Sequence record: NC_061450.1 | Length of the DNA stretch: 64,000 nt | Strand: one strand, 5' to 3' | Shown: positions 9,639 to 19,508 of the stretch, piece after piece | How the letters are laid out: every line of letters starts with the position of its first letter | Position numbering within the stretch: position 1 is the stretch's first letter | Translations under genes and position numbers: made by a program | Notes under the pieces: model-generated | Told to the model about the DNA's origin: nothing | What the model saw: only the letters and a program-made list of their open reading frames with translations | Database searches by the model: none

Positions 9639-9938
9639 CTATTCGAGTTGTGCAACCATGAATTGAAACACGGTTGTGATTGAGCTAGCCGGAATGCGAA
9701 AGCTGCCTGTAGGCCTGTAAGCACAGCGACGGGCATCAGGAAACAATTCCCGCATCTGACGTGCAAGCTGTCGGCAGTGGCTGCCTGTATGGATATAGCA
9801 GTTAGCTCTGTATTCCAGAGACTGTCCACCAACCATCTCAGGTGCAAGTACGAGTTCTAAATTATACTCAACTGCTGCGGCTTGCTTGAGATCAGCGTGA
9901 GGAATACTTCTCAAACGTTTAGGATATTTTTGTAGCAT
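9639..9938 (-). CDS. Hypothetical protein
   Basis: Likely start MLQKYPKR at 9938 (GGAG RBS); 99 aa. Confidence 0.6.
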   Translation of the reverse strand: MLQKYPKRLRSIPHADLKQAAAVEYNLELVLAPEMVGGQSLEYRANCYIHTGSHCRQLARQMRELFPDARRCAYRPTGSFRIPASSITTVFQFMVAQLE

Positions 9939-9983
9939 ACGTGCTCCAAATGGAAAGAGCCAGCACAAGGCCAGCTCTTTAGA

Positions 9984-10472
9984 TTACATCTTCATTGTCA
10001 TGCGCAGCGTTACGATCTGCGAGATAAAGATTTTCAGCTTAGCTTCGCTGAGTGAGTGATACTCAGGCAGCTTATTGTCCATCTTGCGTAAGTTGTCATA
10101 GATACGCTGCAAGCTGTCACTATTAGGCAGTTCTTTCTCTACGGCGTTAGCCGCAATACGAATACGCTCCTTTTTCGCTTCACCAATTTTACCCACACGG
10201 ATAGTGAACGCAACGCCTGTATCGCTGATCGCCTGAGGCACAGATACCTCATACAAGGCAAAGCCGTCAGGGAACTCCGCATACAAGGAAGATTGTGCGT
10301 TTACACGAAACACGCGGCCTTCACTAGGACTGTGATAGCTTTCACCGTGCATACGGTAAGTCTGTCCTTCCAGAGGGTCGGCGTCAGTTTCAGCAACAAC
10401 GCGCCCCTTAGGGTTGTGTCGCTCCAAAGCATACTGCAAAGCTGCTACAACTTTATCGATAGTAAGTTCCAT
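9984..10472 (-). CDS. Hypothetical protein
   Basis: 162 aa, TGATG coupling to the helicase gene. Confidence 0.65.
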   Translation of the reverse strand: MELTIDKVVAALQYALERHNPKGRVVAETDADPLEGQTYRMHGESYHSPSEGRVFRVNAQSSLYAEFPDGFALYEVSVPQAISDTGVAFTIRVGKIGEAKKERIRIAANAVEKELPNSDSLQRIYDNLRKMDNKLPEYHSLSEAKLKIFISQIVTLRMTMKM

Positions 10473-12076
10473 CAGAATCTCCTGAGTCCTAAGTTACTAG
10501 GCATGCCTTTCACTTTAGCTTCGGGTTCAAAGTAATCTGGCAGTTCATCGCCCAACGCGTCTTCACGCGAGACAACTCCGAGCCAGTTGCGCATCTTCTT
10601 GGGTGTACGTTTGGCCTTAGCATAACCAAACTCCCAACAAAACTTGAGAACACCACGAGCAAAGCCAACACTCTTTTCAAAGCGATGGTCAATGAACATG
10701 CGAATGATTGGCGTGCGCTTGTTGTCTGCTGGAGTCAAGATACGACACGACTCCTGCTTCCAGTTAGGCTTGTTGTTCATTGGCATGATGTAATACAGGG
10801 TGTCCCAAGCAGGCACGTTCAGACCACGTTGCATCAAACGGCGCATACCGATAACACATCGGATTTCACGACGACGAGCCGCATCAATGATTGGCTTACG
10901 CTTCTTGGCCTCTTTAGCTCCGCCAAGGAACGTCACAGCTATCTCCTCACCATAGTGATTGTTGATACGCTCTGCCAGCTTGCGTGCCTGCTCTGTGAAG
11001 CAGATTGGGATTGCAATGCTACGACCTGCATCAAGGTCCTTGATAATCCACTCAAAGATCTTGTCGTTACGATCAGGGTGGTTGGCCAAGAACTTATTGA
11101 AGTTGGTCCAGCCCGCTTTGTTGTTGAACTTGTTGTTGCTGAACACTTTAGGACTTGTTTTGTGCAGCGTTACTTTCGGCACCAACTCTTTCACATAAGC
11201 CTGAGCAACAACAGGTCCCATCACAGACTCAACAATCCAATGCTTGCCATCTTTACGCTTTGGAGTTGCTGTCAGACCGTAACGGTACTTCATGGTAACG
11301 TTGGCAAGAGTACGACTAAAGCACGCGGCGTTTGCTGCATGGACTTCATCAACAAAGATCGTACCGAAGTTCTCACACAACATCTTCATGCGCTTGCGTG
11401 CTGTTTTCGTATCACCGATAAGAGACTGATAGGTCATCAGGATGATCTGGAAGTCTCGATAGTCGCTGTCTTTCTTTGGAAATCCAAACAGCTTCTTACC
11501 ATGCTTCTCTTCCAGATCTGGCAGGTTGGTCATCTGCTCAATGGTTTCATAAAACCCATCAAGGAAGTCCTTTTGGTCTGCCATGATGATGGTCTTGTAG
11601 CCGGTAGCAATCGCACCAGCAGTACCCATCACCGTCTTACCACTACGAGGAGGTGCTTGCAACAGTCCACTCAACTCACCCAGCAGGTCATCGAACGGCT
11701 CTTGTTGGTACTCACGCAAATCGGCTGTGAATTTAACTTTGTAATCGTATGGCACCTGACTGGTCTTGTTAACAAACTTGACTTCTTTTGGTTTAAGGCC
11801 AGTCAGTTCTTCAAAGCGATGAAGTTCACCGTACGGTACGCTAACACAACGCTGTCCTTTCTTTTCAGACAGCTTGGCCAACACTGTAATGTCCACCAGC
11901 CCACCCAAAGAACATGAACGACATTCTTCTGATGGACGAATAGAGCGGAACTCACAGGTCTTGCAGATTGCGTTATCAAACTCGTACTTGGTGAGTCGCT
12001 TGATGATGCTAGCCGAGTCCACAAACTTGATAGGAATGTGAATGCGGCTATCAACAATAACTCTCGGCTTAGACAC
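10472..12076 (-). CDS. SF2 DNA helicase (UvsW-like, DExH)
   Basis: LREYQ (Q motif), APPRSGKT (Walker A), FVDEVH (Walker B), LTAT, QRGLNVP; 534 aa. Confidence 0.9.
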   Translation of the reverse strand: MSKPRVIVDSRIHIPIKFVDSASIIKRLTKYEFDNAICKTCEFRSIRPSEECRSCSLGGLVDITVLAKLSEKKGQRCVSVPYGELHRFEELTGLKPKEVKFVNKTSQVPYDYKVKFTADLREYQQEPFDDLLGELSGLLQAPPRSGKTVMGTAGAIATGYKTIIMADQKDFLDGFYETIEQMTNLPDLEEKHGKKLFGFPKKDSDYRDFQIILMTYQSLIGDTKTARKRMKMLCENFGTIFVDEVHAANAACFSRTLANVTMKYRYGLTATPKRKDGKHWIVESVMGPVVAQAYVKELVPKVTLHKTSPKVFSNNKFNNKAGWTNFNKFLANHPDRNDKIFEWIIKDLDAGRSIAIPICFTEQARKLAERINNHYGEEIAVTFLGGAKEAKKRKPIIDAARRREIRCVIGMRRLMQRGLNVPAWDTLYYIMPMNNKPNWKQESCRILTPADNKRTPIIRMFIDHRFEKSVGFARGVLKFCWEFGYAKAKRTPKKMRNWLGVVSREDALGDELPDYFEPEAKVKGMPSNLGLRRF

Positions 12077-12078
12077 GT

Positions 12079-12630
12079 TTACTTCCTTGGTGAGTTCGGT
12101 AGATTAAACTCGCGCTGGTTGATGATGTGCAGAGTATCGACCATAGACTTGAAGGCAAAGCCAGCCTTGTCGATATCTTTGATGTAGAGTTCAATCTCAT
12201 CAATCAGCAATGACAGTTCATCGCTGTAGCGGTAATACTCTGCCATCACATTACGGATTGCGCGTTCGCGTTCTTTCGCTGCACCAACTGCTTTCAAGTC
12301 ACGCGCATACTCAACAGACGCATAGTCCTGAAAGCGTTCCAGCATGTCATTGAGGTGCTTGCTGGCATTCTTCACATTGGCCAAGATCTCTGTCATACGA
12401 CTGCGATAAGACTGATCTTGAACAACGGATTCTGCTAAATCGTTCAGCGATTTCTGCGAGGCACTTAACGTCAGGCTACGCACTTTACGCATACGAAATA
12501 GGTCACGCACCTCTTGCTGTAACTCAGCTAATGGCAACTGGAATAAATTATTGGTCTTGAAGATCTTACGAACATTTTTGTATCGCTTATCTTCCTTGAT
12601 CTTGAGGCGAATACGCTTTGAATCATCCAT
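12079..12630 (-). CDS. Putative UvsY-like recombination mediator
   Basis: Helical 183 aa protein next to the UvsW-like helicase; C-terminal IKDIDKAGFAFKSMVD resembles the recalled T4 UvsY end (LDAIKSRGFAIKHIQD). Confidence 0.5.
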   Translation of the reverse strand: MDDSKRIRLKIKEDKRYKNVRKIFKTNNLFQLPLAELQQEVRDLFRMRKVRSLTLSASQKSLNDLAESVVQDQSYRSRMTEILANVKNASKHLNDMLERFQDYASVEYARDLKAVGAAKERERAIRNVMAEYYRYSDELSLLIDEIELYIKDIDKAGFAFKSMVDTLHIINQREFNLPNSPRK

Positions 12631-13067
12631 CAATCACCTCTGTCATCGCTTACCAGCAGCGGACTACTTGCTATCTTGGCAGGGATTGCAAAAAAGCTAC
12701 CGTGACCATCGTTGTACACCAACAGGCCGCCACTGTGAGATTCAGTAGGACAAAAGAAAGTTGTGACTTTATCTTGTGGTGGCATGTAACCCACGCTGGT
12801 GCTGTTAAAGCAACACCAACGAGCACTGATATCCAGCAGACTGCCAACAACAGTATCAGACAGACGAAGGTAGCTCTGGCTAAAGTTACGGCTGTGGTTG
12901 ATTGGGTCAGCCGAGTCAACTTCAAGGCTGTCACCGTACACAGTCTGATTTACAATAACAAACATGCGACGCCCACGAGGAGCGTGTATCTCATACAGGC
13001 AATCATGCATGAGTTCAGGCAGGTTACCCACGAGTAACCCTTTCCTGACGATTAAATCCATTATCAT
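12630..13067 (-). CDS. Hypothetical protein
   Basis: 145 aa, translationally coupled on both sides. Confidence 0.65.
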   Translation of the reverse strand: MIMDLIVRKGLLVGNLPELMHDCLYEIHAPRGRRMFVIVNQTVYGDSLEVDSADPINHSRNFSQSYLRLSDTVVGSLLDISARWCCFNSTSVGYMPPQDKVTTFFCPTESHSGGLLVYNDGHGSFFAIPAKIASSPLLVSDDRGD

Positions 13068-14242
13068 ACTGGCAGATAACCGAAGTACAACAGCTTGTCT
13101 TCGCCGAACTTGTAGTTCAGGCTGAATGCGCTGAGCTTCTCAATGTTCGCACCGTGGAATCCCATTGAGTGTTTCTCCTCACGTCCGATGGTACGCAACA
13201 GTTCTTTCATGATGCGCATGTCCAGACGTGTTTTGATTTCACGTTCAACAGGTTTGGCCAGAGTCAAGCTGTCCTGCACGCTGCCGCTGTCGTTTGAGAA
13301 CTTGATACGAAACTCTTTCTTTTTGACAGTCAGAGTTGCCAGCGACTTGGTCTTTTTGTCCAACAGTGTTGCAATGTTGGCAAACGGCGCACTCAGGTCA
13401 CCTTTGACAACACAGCCCAACAGAGGATTGCCAAGCTGAGCCAGCATGTTGTCAATGAAACGATAATCTTCGTCACTGGCCTGGATTGGAGGCAGTGTAA
13501 GAACAAAGCTGTCACCTTCGGCTGCGAATGATGCACTGTCAACATGGAAGTTTACCTTGTCTTCGCCACAGAACTTGCTGACGAGATCAAACATGCCACT
13601 TGACAGGCTGAAACGGAACTTCTCGTTCGTGCTGCCGAGTTGCGCTGTGTAACGTGCTGACGTCCAGTTGCCTGGAGTTGTCACACGCAGACTATCACCC
13701 AAACATTCGACACGGCAGATAACAGCCACTTCGGTGATTGGGTCACGCAGGCGAGTGTAACGAATACCGCGAGTCATCTTCTCGATAACGTCACGCGACA
13801 TTTCATGACCGCCTTTGATGTGGTGGCGCAAGCCCTCTTCTACCATCGGAATCTGTTCTTCCGACACAGGCTTGATACGGAACTCTGACTTGTACTTGCC
13901 TACCTTAGCAACGATGTTTACCACTTTGCCATCAAAGGTAAGAGTCATTTCACCACGCTTGGCGATCAGGCCGCTGAGCTGCACAGGGTCAATGTTGAAC
14001 ATCGCGTCCTTGTCAGCTTTGGCTCCTGGAATATGATGCGCAACAAACGTATCAGGCGTACGGCCCAAGATAAACACATCGGACTCATAGGCCACCAGCA
14101 GGTGGATGTGCGTCAGCTTGTCGTCACTCTCACTGAAACGAGTAACGCTGTCCACGCGCTTGAGAATATCAGACAGTTTGTTGCCGTCAGTTTCAATCGA
14201 ACAGTTCTGACTTGGCTTTTTAGGGAGTCGGCATTTCTTCAT
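13064..14242 (-). CDS. Putative DNA sliding clamp (Pol III beta-like)
   Basis: 392 aa with three repeated alpha/beta units of beta-clamp size; lies beside the DNA polymerase; a DnaX-like loader is also in the window. Confidence 0.65.
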   Translation of the reverse strand: MKKCRLPKKPSQNCSIETDGNKLSDILKRVDSVTRFSESDDKLTHIHLLVAYESDVFILGRTPDTFVAHHIPGAKADKDAMFNIDPVQLSGLIAKRGEMTLTFDGKVVNIVAKVGKYKSEFRIKPVSEEQIPMVEEGLRHHIKGGHEMSRDVIEKMTRGIRYTRLRDPITEVAVICRVECLGDSLRVTTPGNWTSARYTAQLGSTNEKFRFSLSSGMFDLVSKFCGEDKVNFHVDSASFAAEGDSFVLTLPPIQASDEDYRFIDNMLAQLGNPLLGCVVKGDLSAPFANIATLLDKKTKSLATLTVKKKEFRIKFSNDSGSVQDSLTLAKPVEREIKTRLDMRIMKELLRTIGREEKHSMGFHGANIEKLSAFSLNYKFGEDKLLYFGYLPV

Positions 14243-14504
14243 CGTTTTTCTCTGTTATAAACTGAATCTTGTTTTCAATATTTACAGCTTTAATACGGTA
14301 ACCTGTGGTACTCAGCATACCATTGAGCAATCCCTCAAGGGTAGCTACAGGACACCCGCTGCTTGTATTGAGCACCTCAATGTCATCAGGCACATCACCC
14401 GGATCAAGCTGCCAGCAAGTTCGCAAGGCAGCTATCATAAATCCAGGGCGCTGTACCATGTGCATGTTCAAGAATGAACACACCTCTTCGGCACCAATCT
14501 TCAC
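14220..14504 (-). CDS. Hypothetical protein
   Basis: 94 aa, GTG start with AAGGAG RBS. Confidence 0.6.
   Translation of the reverse strand: MKIGAEEVCSFLNMHMVQRPGFMIAALRTCWQLDPGDVPDDIEVLNTSSGCPVATLEGLLNGMLSTTGYRIKAVNIENKIQFITEKNDEEMPTP
14279..14287 (-). promoter_or_regulatory. Putative phage promoter motif CTGTAAATA
   Basis: 37 nt upstream of the clamp start (inside the upstream CDS). Confidence 0.5.
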
Positions 14505-14513
14505 GCCCTCTCC

Positions 14514-17500
14514 TTATTTTGAGATATAACCAGCAACCGCCTGTTTGATGGCTTTGCGACTGATGATAATCTTTTTCTTCGGCTTGTCTGCCAGAGCAGC
14601 TTTGGCTTTCTTGGCCTTCTCCTCGGCTTCGAATTCCTCATACTTGGCTGTATTGTCAGGCAGTTCCTTTTTCCACTGCTTGATGTTCTTCTCATCTGCT
14701 TTGGTCAAAGGATTGGTCTTGCTGCGACTTCTGATCTTAATGTCGTTTGCCCAGAGTTGCTTCTTCATCCAGTCTGACATAAGATGATACTGGTCCTGCA
14801 TAATGCTGTCCAGCATCTTGTCAACGTCTAGGTCTTTCTCACCCAACTCGTCACGCTTCTGTTCAAGTCCAGCACGCAGGATTTTGTTGAGGCTGTTGTA
14901 GGAGAAGTCCCAACCTTTCACATCTTTCTCTGAGGCACCGATTTCAAAATCGATCTCAGGTACGGAAGTGAACTCAAAGTTGTGGCGCTCTTTAACAACC
15001 TGAACTACCGCTGTGGTCATTGCACGTTCAATCATGTCGAGTGCGAGGAAGAACCATTCGTACTTACAGTCCACGGTCAAGCTATCGTGTACCGATACGT
15101 TGAGCAGGAAGTCAGGATATACACCGTTTGCTTTCCAGTAGTCATACTTCATGCGATCAAGGATTCTGATTGCACTCATCATCAGGTCTGAACCAAAGCC
15201 CTGAACTGGACTGTTTACCGCACGACGGTCACAGGCAGCATGTACTTGATCTGCTTCACGATGCGACTTAGGCACCATGTAGCCCCACAGGTGACGACGA
15301 CGACCCACTGGAGATTCGACAAAGTAGTTCTCATGTGCAAAGCGCTTGATGGATTCAAACCATTTGAGTCCTGTTGGGAATCGCTTAAGGAACTTCGCTT
15401 TGATATCAGCGATCTCATCAACTTCACGTCCCGTTGACTTGGCGAGACCCTTGTCACCCTGCTGGTAAATCAGGCCGAAGATTACAGTTTTAACCGCGTT
15501 CCTGATCGGCTTGGTGACTTCCATAATCGGTACGCCGAAGAAGTAACTGGCGTTGATTTTGTGAACATCACCCTCAATATCAACAAGGTGGTGAATCCAA
15601 GGATCAGGAACAGTGCGATAACGGTGGCGCAGACGACGACCAACTTCAAACACTTCTGCAACTTCTGAGTCTCCACTGATAATCGACCAACCTCGGACTT
15701 CGTGTGCCGAGTAGTCGACCTTGATTAGCATACGGCCTGGACGAGCAATCAGGATACGTTTGATCAGCTTGCCCATTTCACTACGCGATGGTACCTGCTG
15801 CAAGTTGGGATCAGACGCTGAGGTACGACCCGTTACAACTCCTAAGTAGCCGTAGCTTGGTCTGATCGCACGGTCATGCTTGAAGTCCTCACTCTCACCC
15901 CAGAGTCTCAGCAGGCTGTTAACATAGGCGTTCTTTAGCTTTTGCGCTTTGCCCAGCTTGTTGTACAAGGCAATCAGAGGCACATCTTTATAGGCCTCTT
16001 GGAAGTCTTTATCCAGCTTGCCTGCCGCTTTACCGTTGTCGCGTTTCTTGGCACCTTCTTTGAGTGGTTTGAGTTTCATCACATCAAAGAACAGAATCTG
16101 CTTGTGCTCCTGCTTGGACAGATCAAACTTGTTGACGTTGACCTTGCCCATTAGACCAAACGCAGGCACATCGTCCGTGGCACAAATCTCTTTGTTGGCG
16201 CGCCTGACCTCAGGACTATCCATGAACTCACGCTCTACGTTGCGCAGTTCTTCGTTGATCTGACTGTTAGGCAGATTGAGTTTAAACAGGTAATCAATGT
16301 CTGCCATTGCACCTGTTGTTTCCATGATACTAAACGCATGTATCTGGTCACTAATCTGCTCACTGACCATAGACCGATACTTCTTGTAGTGAATGTCTTT
16401 GGCACGGCGTACCTGTTGCTCTTGAATCAAGAACGGAACGATAACGTCAAGTCCAGCATACTCCTGCACGTCTTCGTCAAGGTCAACTTCGGCAATTGTC
16501 GCACGTTGCTCTTTACCAAACGCTACGTCAAAGTAAACAGTTGTGCCATACTGCATCGCAAGGTTCGCCAAGCCATAGTAACCATAGCCAGTAACAGACT
16601 GTAGGTTCTTTGCATTCTCATCATTGGCGAACTCACCTGCTTGAATATCCCACACGTTGGCTGCATAGCTACGAATGCCGAAGTTAGAGCGCAATACGTT
16701 AAGGTCAAACTTTGCGTTGGTATAGATCTGGTACTTGTTCTGATTGTCCTCAAAGTAATCACGCATCGCCTCTTCAATCTGGCGAAGTTCTTTGGGACTA
16801 AACGGACTGTCGCGGTGATAGATTGGAATCACGTAAGCAGTCTTGCCGTCATCCGAGAGCTGTACCGTCTGCAATCTGTTTTTGATTCGGTTCAGGTTCT
16901 CGGTTTCTGTATCGACTGCGACCTTCTTGGACTTCTTCAAACGACGCAACAACTTGACCACGTCTTTGACTTGAGTCAGATACACCAGCTTCCAGTTACG
17001 CTTCTTGCCGCACGTTACCTTTGGTATTTTGTACGGCATGCCTTTCTGCAACAGTGGCAGCATCCAGCGCGACATATAGCCCAGAGTATAACTGGTGCCT
17101 ACGATGTTGCGTGGGTTGAGCACGTTGTTGTAGCTGACGTTTGGCACATGGATAAACTCATGTTTACCACGCTTGGTCTTGAGCTTGGTAGGGATCTCAA
17201 CACCAAACCAATGATGGTACATGCCGCCTGAGTAGTCAATGCGTTCGCTGTTCAGAGCACGGAACGGCTGCGTGCCAAACGTCATAACATAGTCAGGCTT
17301 GTAGTCGAGAATCAGATCACGAATACGTTGAGCAAACACCTCATTGGCATCTGTTTTGTACTGCTCAGACTTTTCATAAGTCTTGAACATGTTGTAACTG
17401 ACGACCATGAAGTTCCAATCGTCAATCGTGGTCTTGAGGGGGAAGGTGTCTTCCAGATACTGCATCTGGTTGAGGAACACTTCACCCGTGGTGCCACTAA

Positions 17501-17672
17501 ACATCTTACCGTTTTCTAAATCTTCGGAAGGCATGTGGTCCACAACGAACAACACCTTGCCACCCTTGTTTGTCTTGCTAACGCCTTTGAGGACGCGTAC
17601 ATAATCATAGCTCTGGACGTCACTGAATGCGTCCGGTAGCTGAAAGTCAATCGCCAAATGTTTAGTCTTCAC
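14514..17672 (-). CDS. polA: Family A DNA polymerase with N-terminal UDG-like domain and 3'-5' exonuclease
   Basis: 1052 aa; ExoI VDTET, ExoII NAKFD, ExoIII YAGLD; TGRTSASDPNLQQVP; motif A DYSAHEVR; motif B RNAVKTVIFGLIY; PVQG; motif C VHDS; N-terminal VLFVVDHMP...GKMFSGTTG and KPDYVMTFG resemble the family 4 UDG fold. Confidence 0.93.
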   Translation of the reverse strand: MKTKHLAIDFQLPDAFSDVQSYDYVRVLKGVSKTNKGGKVLFVVDHMPSEDLENGKMFSGTTGEVFLNQMQYLEDTFPLKTTIDDWNFMVVSYNMFKTYEKSEQYKTDANEVFAQRIRDLILDYKPDYVMTFGTQPFRALNSERIDYSGGMYHHWFGVEIPTKLKTKRGKHEFIHVPNVSYNNVLNPRNIVGTSYTLGYMSRWMLPLLQKGMPYKIPKVTCGKKRNWKLVYLTQVKDVVKLLRRLKKSKKVAVDTETENLNRIKNRLQTVQLSDDGKTAYVIPIYHRDSPFSPKELRQIEEAMRDYFEDNQNKYQIYTNAKFDLNVLRSNFGIRSYAANVWDIQAGEFANDENAKNLQSVTGYGYYGLANLAMQYGTTVYFDVAFGKEQRATIAEVDLDEDVQEYAGLDVIVPFLIQEQQVRRAKDIHYKKYRSMVSEQISDQIHAFSIMETTGAMADIDYLFKLNLPNSQINEELRNVEREFMDSPEVRRANKEICATDDVPAFGLMGKVNVNKFDLSKQEHKQILFFDVMKLKPLKEGAKKRDNGKAAGKLDKDFQEAYKDVPLIALYNKLGKAQKLKNAYVNSLLRLWGESEDFKHDRAIRPSYGYLGVVTGRTSASDPNLQQVPSRSEMGKLIKRILIARPGRMLIKVDYSAHEVRGWSIISGDSEVAEVFEVGRRLRHRYRTVPDPWIHHLVDIEGDVHKINASYFFGVPIMEVTKPIRNAVKTVIFGLIYQQGDKGLAKSTGREVDEIADIKAKFLKRFPTGLKWFESIKRFAHENYFVESPVGRRRHLWGYMVPKSHREADQVHAACDRRAVNSPVQGFGSDLMMSAIRILDRMKYDYWKANGVYPDFLLNVSVHDSLTVDCKYEWFFLALDMIERAMTTAVVQVVKERHNFEFTSVPEIDFEIGASEKDVKGWDFSYNSLNKILRAGLEQKRDELGEKDLDVDKMLDSIMQDQYHLMSDWMKKQLWANDIKIRSRSKTNPLTKADEKNIKQWKKELPDNTAKYEEFEAEEKAKKAKAALADKPKKKIIISRKAIKQAVAGYISK

Positions 17673-17713
17673 ACGGTACCCTTATGCTCGGTGTGAGGTA
17701 TGAATCACATTTG

Positions 17714-17722
17714 TATTTACAG
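17714..17722 (-). promoter_or_regulatory. Putative phage promoter motif CTGTAAATA
   Basis: 42 nt upstream of the polymerase GTG, just after a terminator. Confidence 0.65.
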
Positions 17723-17743
17723 ATTCCACCAGCAGCAGAATAG

Positions 17744-17772
17744 AAAAAGGGACAGCCGAAGCCATCCCTTTT
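17744..17772 (-). terminator. Rho-independent terminator
   Basis: GGGATGGC-TTCG-GCTGTCCC-TTTTT. Confidence 0.85.
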
Positions 17773-17775
17773 AGG

Positions 17776-18933
17776 TTACTTTTTGTTGTTGTGAATGAAC
17801 GAGCGCATGCCATCGAAATCGTTGGCAGTAAACGACTCCTGCTCACCATCGTCAAGATCATTCATAGACACAGACCACTTGCCAGTCTGCTCATTGTCGT
17901 ATGGACCGTCAAAGGTGATAAACACATCGCTGCCACCCAGGTGACCCTGCATTTCCCACTCTTCGCCTGGCTCAGACTTGAACGACTCACCGTTGTTTGA
18001 AATACCGTACACAAGGTTATCGAGACCCAGCACCAGATTCAGTTTCTTGGTGAAGGCGACACGCTGAGTATGAGTCATGCGGCGCAGTTCGGTGATCTTG
18101 TAGGTCTTAGGCATGTCCAGCTTTTTGACAGCCTTAGCTACCTTGGAAGCTGTGCCTACAACAGCACGAACTTCTTTAGCCAGCGCCTGAACAGTAGGCT
18201 TGCGCAACTGATTACCAAACGCAAACTTACCGCCTTTAGTCTGAGCACTCACGCCCCAAGCAGAAGACGAGGAGTATTCATTGAAGTGGAACGGAGGATC
18301 AATGTTCACACTGACATAACGTGCGTTAGGATTCAAGGCGATGAAATTCCAAGGGCTTGACTGGCCGTTAGCGTTCTGCACCGGCTGGCCTGCAAACGTC
18401 AGACCTGTCGCTTCTGACAACTGAGCGGCAATGCTGTCAATCTGCGCCTGACTTACAGTGTTCATAAACTTAGGCGTGATTGAACGCAGATTTACCTTAG
18501 GCAAGGCTTTCTGAGTGTCAGTGCGCTGAGCAACAACAGGTTTGGTAGGAGTGCGAGTCTTGGCAACAACACCAGCAGTACCTTTAACGCCTGTCTTGGT
18601 AGCAACGCGTGGGACTTTGATACCACGCAGGGCATTGATGACCTGAACCAAAGACTTGGCACTAACCAAAGCACGCGCTGAGGTGATAGTCGCTTTGCCT
18701 GAGGCAGTTGCTTTCCACTTGCGGAGTTCATCATCAGTGCTGGTCTTGATCTGGTCAAGAATGTAATCGATCTTGGACGTGTCCAACTCTTTTACTTTTA
18801 CCATTTCTTCCATGCGCTTGACGATTGCTTCACCCTTAACGCCAAACACAAGTTTAGCACTTGCGATCACAGCTTGAGTGGCTGAGGTAGACTCAACAGT
18901 ACCGCCATCCAGTTTGAGGTTAATCAAGGACAT
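17776..18933 (-). CDS. Putative internal head/virion protein (basic, N-terminal ESTSA motif)
   Basis: 385 aa; MSLINLKLDGGTVESTSA; Lys/Thr/Ala-rich segment. Confidence 0.5.
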   Translation of the reverse strand: MSLINLKLDGGTVESTSATQAVIASAKLVFGVKGEAIVKRMEEMVKVKELDTSKIDYILDQIKTSTDDELRKWKATASGKATITSARALVSAKSLVQVINALRGIKVPRVATKTGVKGTAGVVAKTRTPTKPVVAQRTDTQKALPKVNLRSITPKFMNTVSQAQIDSIAAQLSEATGLTFAGQPVQNANGQSSPWNFIALNPNARYVSVNIDPPFHFNEYSSSSAWGVSAQTKGGKFAFGNQLRKPTVQALAKEVRAVVGTASKVAKAVKKLDMPKTYKITELRRMTHTQRVAFTKKLNLVLGLDNLVYGISNNGESFKSEPGEEWEMQGHLGGSDVFITFDGPYDNEQTGKWSVSMNDLDDGEQESFTANDFDGMRSFIHNNKK

Positions 18934-19508
18934 TATTGTTTCCTTCTCTTATTGTTGAGCCAGTCGCCGCCGCGCTTTTCAGCCTGATCGCTGGTGGCCT
19001 GTTGCTGGTTAAGTTCTGGTTGTGGGTCGATGTTCTCTTCCACGATTTCATCGTCCTGCTCTTGCTCAGAATCAGGCTCGGGTTGTTCAAACGGCTTGAG
19101 CGTAGTCACCTGAGGTTCAGGCTCAGCACTCGGTCCCTGTGCTTTATACTCAGGCTCCGGTGTAACGTCTTGCTGTTTGTCTTGCGCTTGCATGACGTGA
19201 TCATGAACGTGTTGCGCTGTGAGCATTTCACCCATTTCGCTGTTCAAGATCTCATCGGCACGCGCCTGATCCCACTTGTCCCACAGAATGTCCAGACCTT
19301 TGTGCGTGTAGTTCATGCCCTTAGGCAGTTTACCACGTCCGACAAAAGGCAGACCGTTGGAAGGTACAGCAGGCTCAAAGTCATCTTCTGTTTCCCACTT
19401 GGCCTTAGCAGCAATGCACTTGGGGCCCCAGATGCCATCACACACGCCGTCATAATAACCCAGCATGGTCATGATAAGCTGTTGCTTTTGATAGAAACGA
19501 TTAAGCAT
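18933..19508 (-). CDS. Peptidoglycan-binding domain protein with acidic low-complexity tail
   Basis: Likely start MLNRFYQK (GGAG RBS); LGYYDGVCDGIWGPK matches the PG_binding_1 DGxxGxxT-type signature; Glu/Gln/Pro-rich C-terminus. Confidence 0.65.
   Translation of the reverse strand: MLNRFYQKQQLIMTMLGYYDGVCDGIWGPKCIAAKAKWETEDDFEPAVPSNGLPFVGRGKLPKGMNYTHKGLDILWDKWDQARADEILNSEMGEMLTAQHVHDHVMQAQDKQQDVTPEPEYKAQGPSAEPEPQVTTLKPFEQPEPDSEQEQDDEIVEENIDPQPELNQQQATSDQAEKRGGDWLNNKRRKQ

Noticed and set aside
16050-16110. QILFF in the polymerase as a beta-clamp-binding motif
   Set aside because: It falls in the conserved Pol A thumb segment (S/KxQxxxxLF), so it is not specific evidence for clamp binding.
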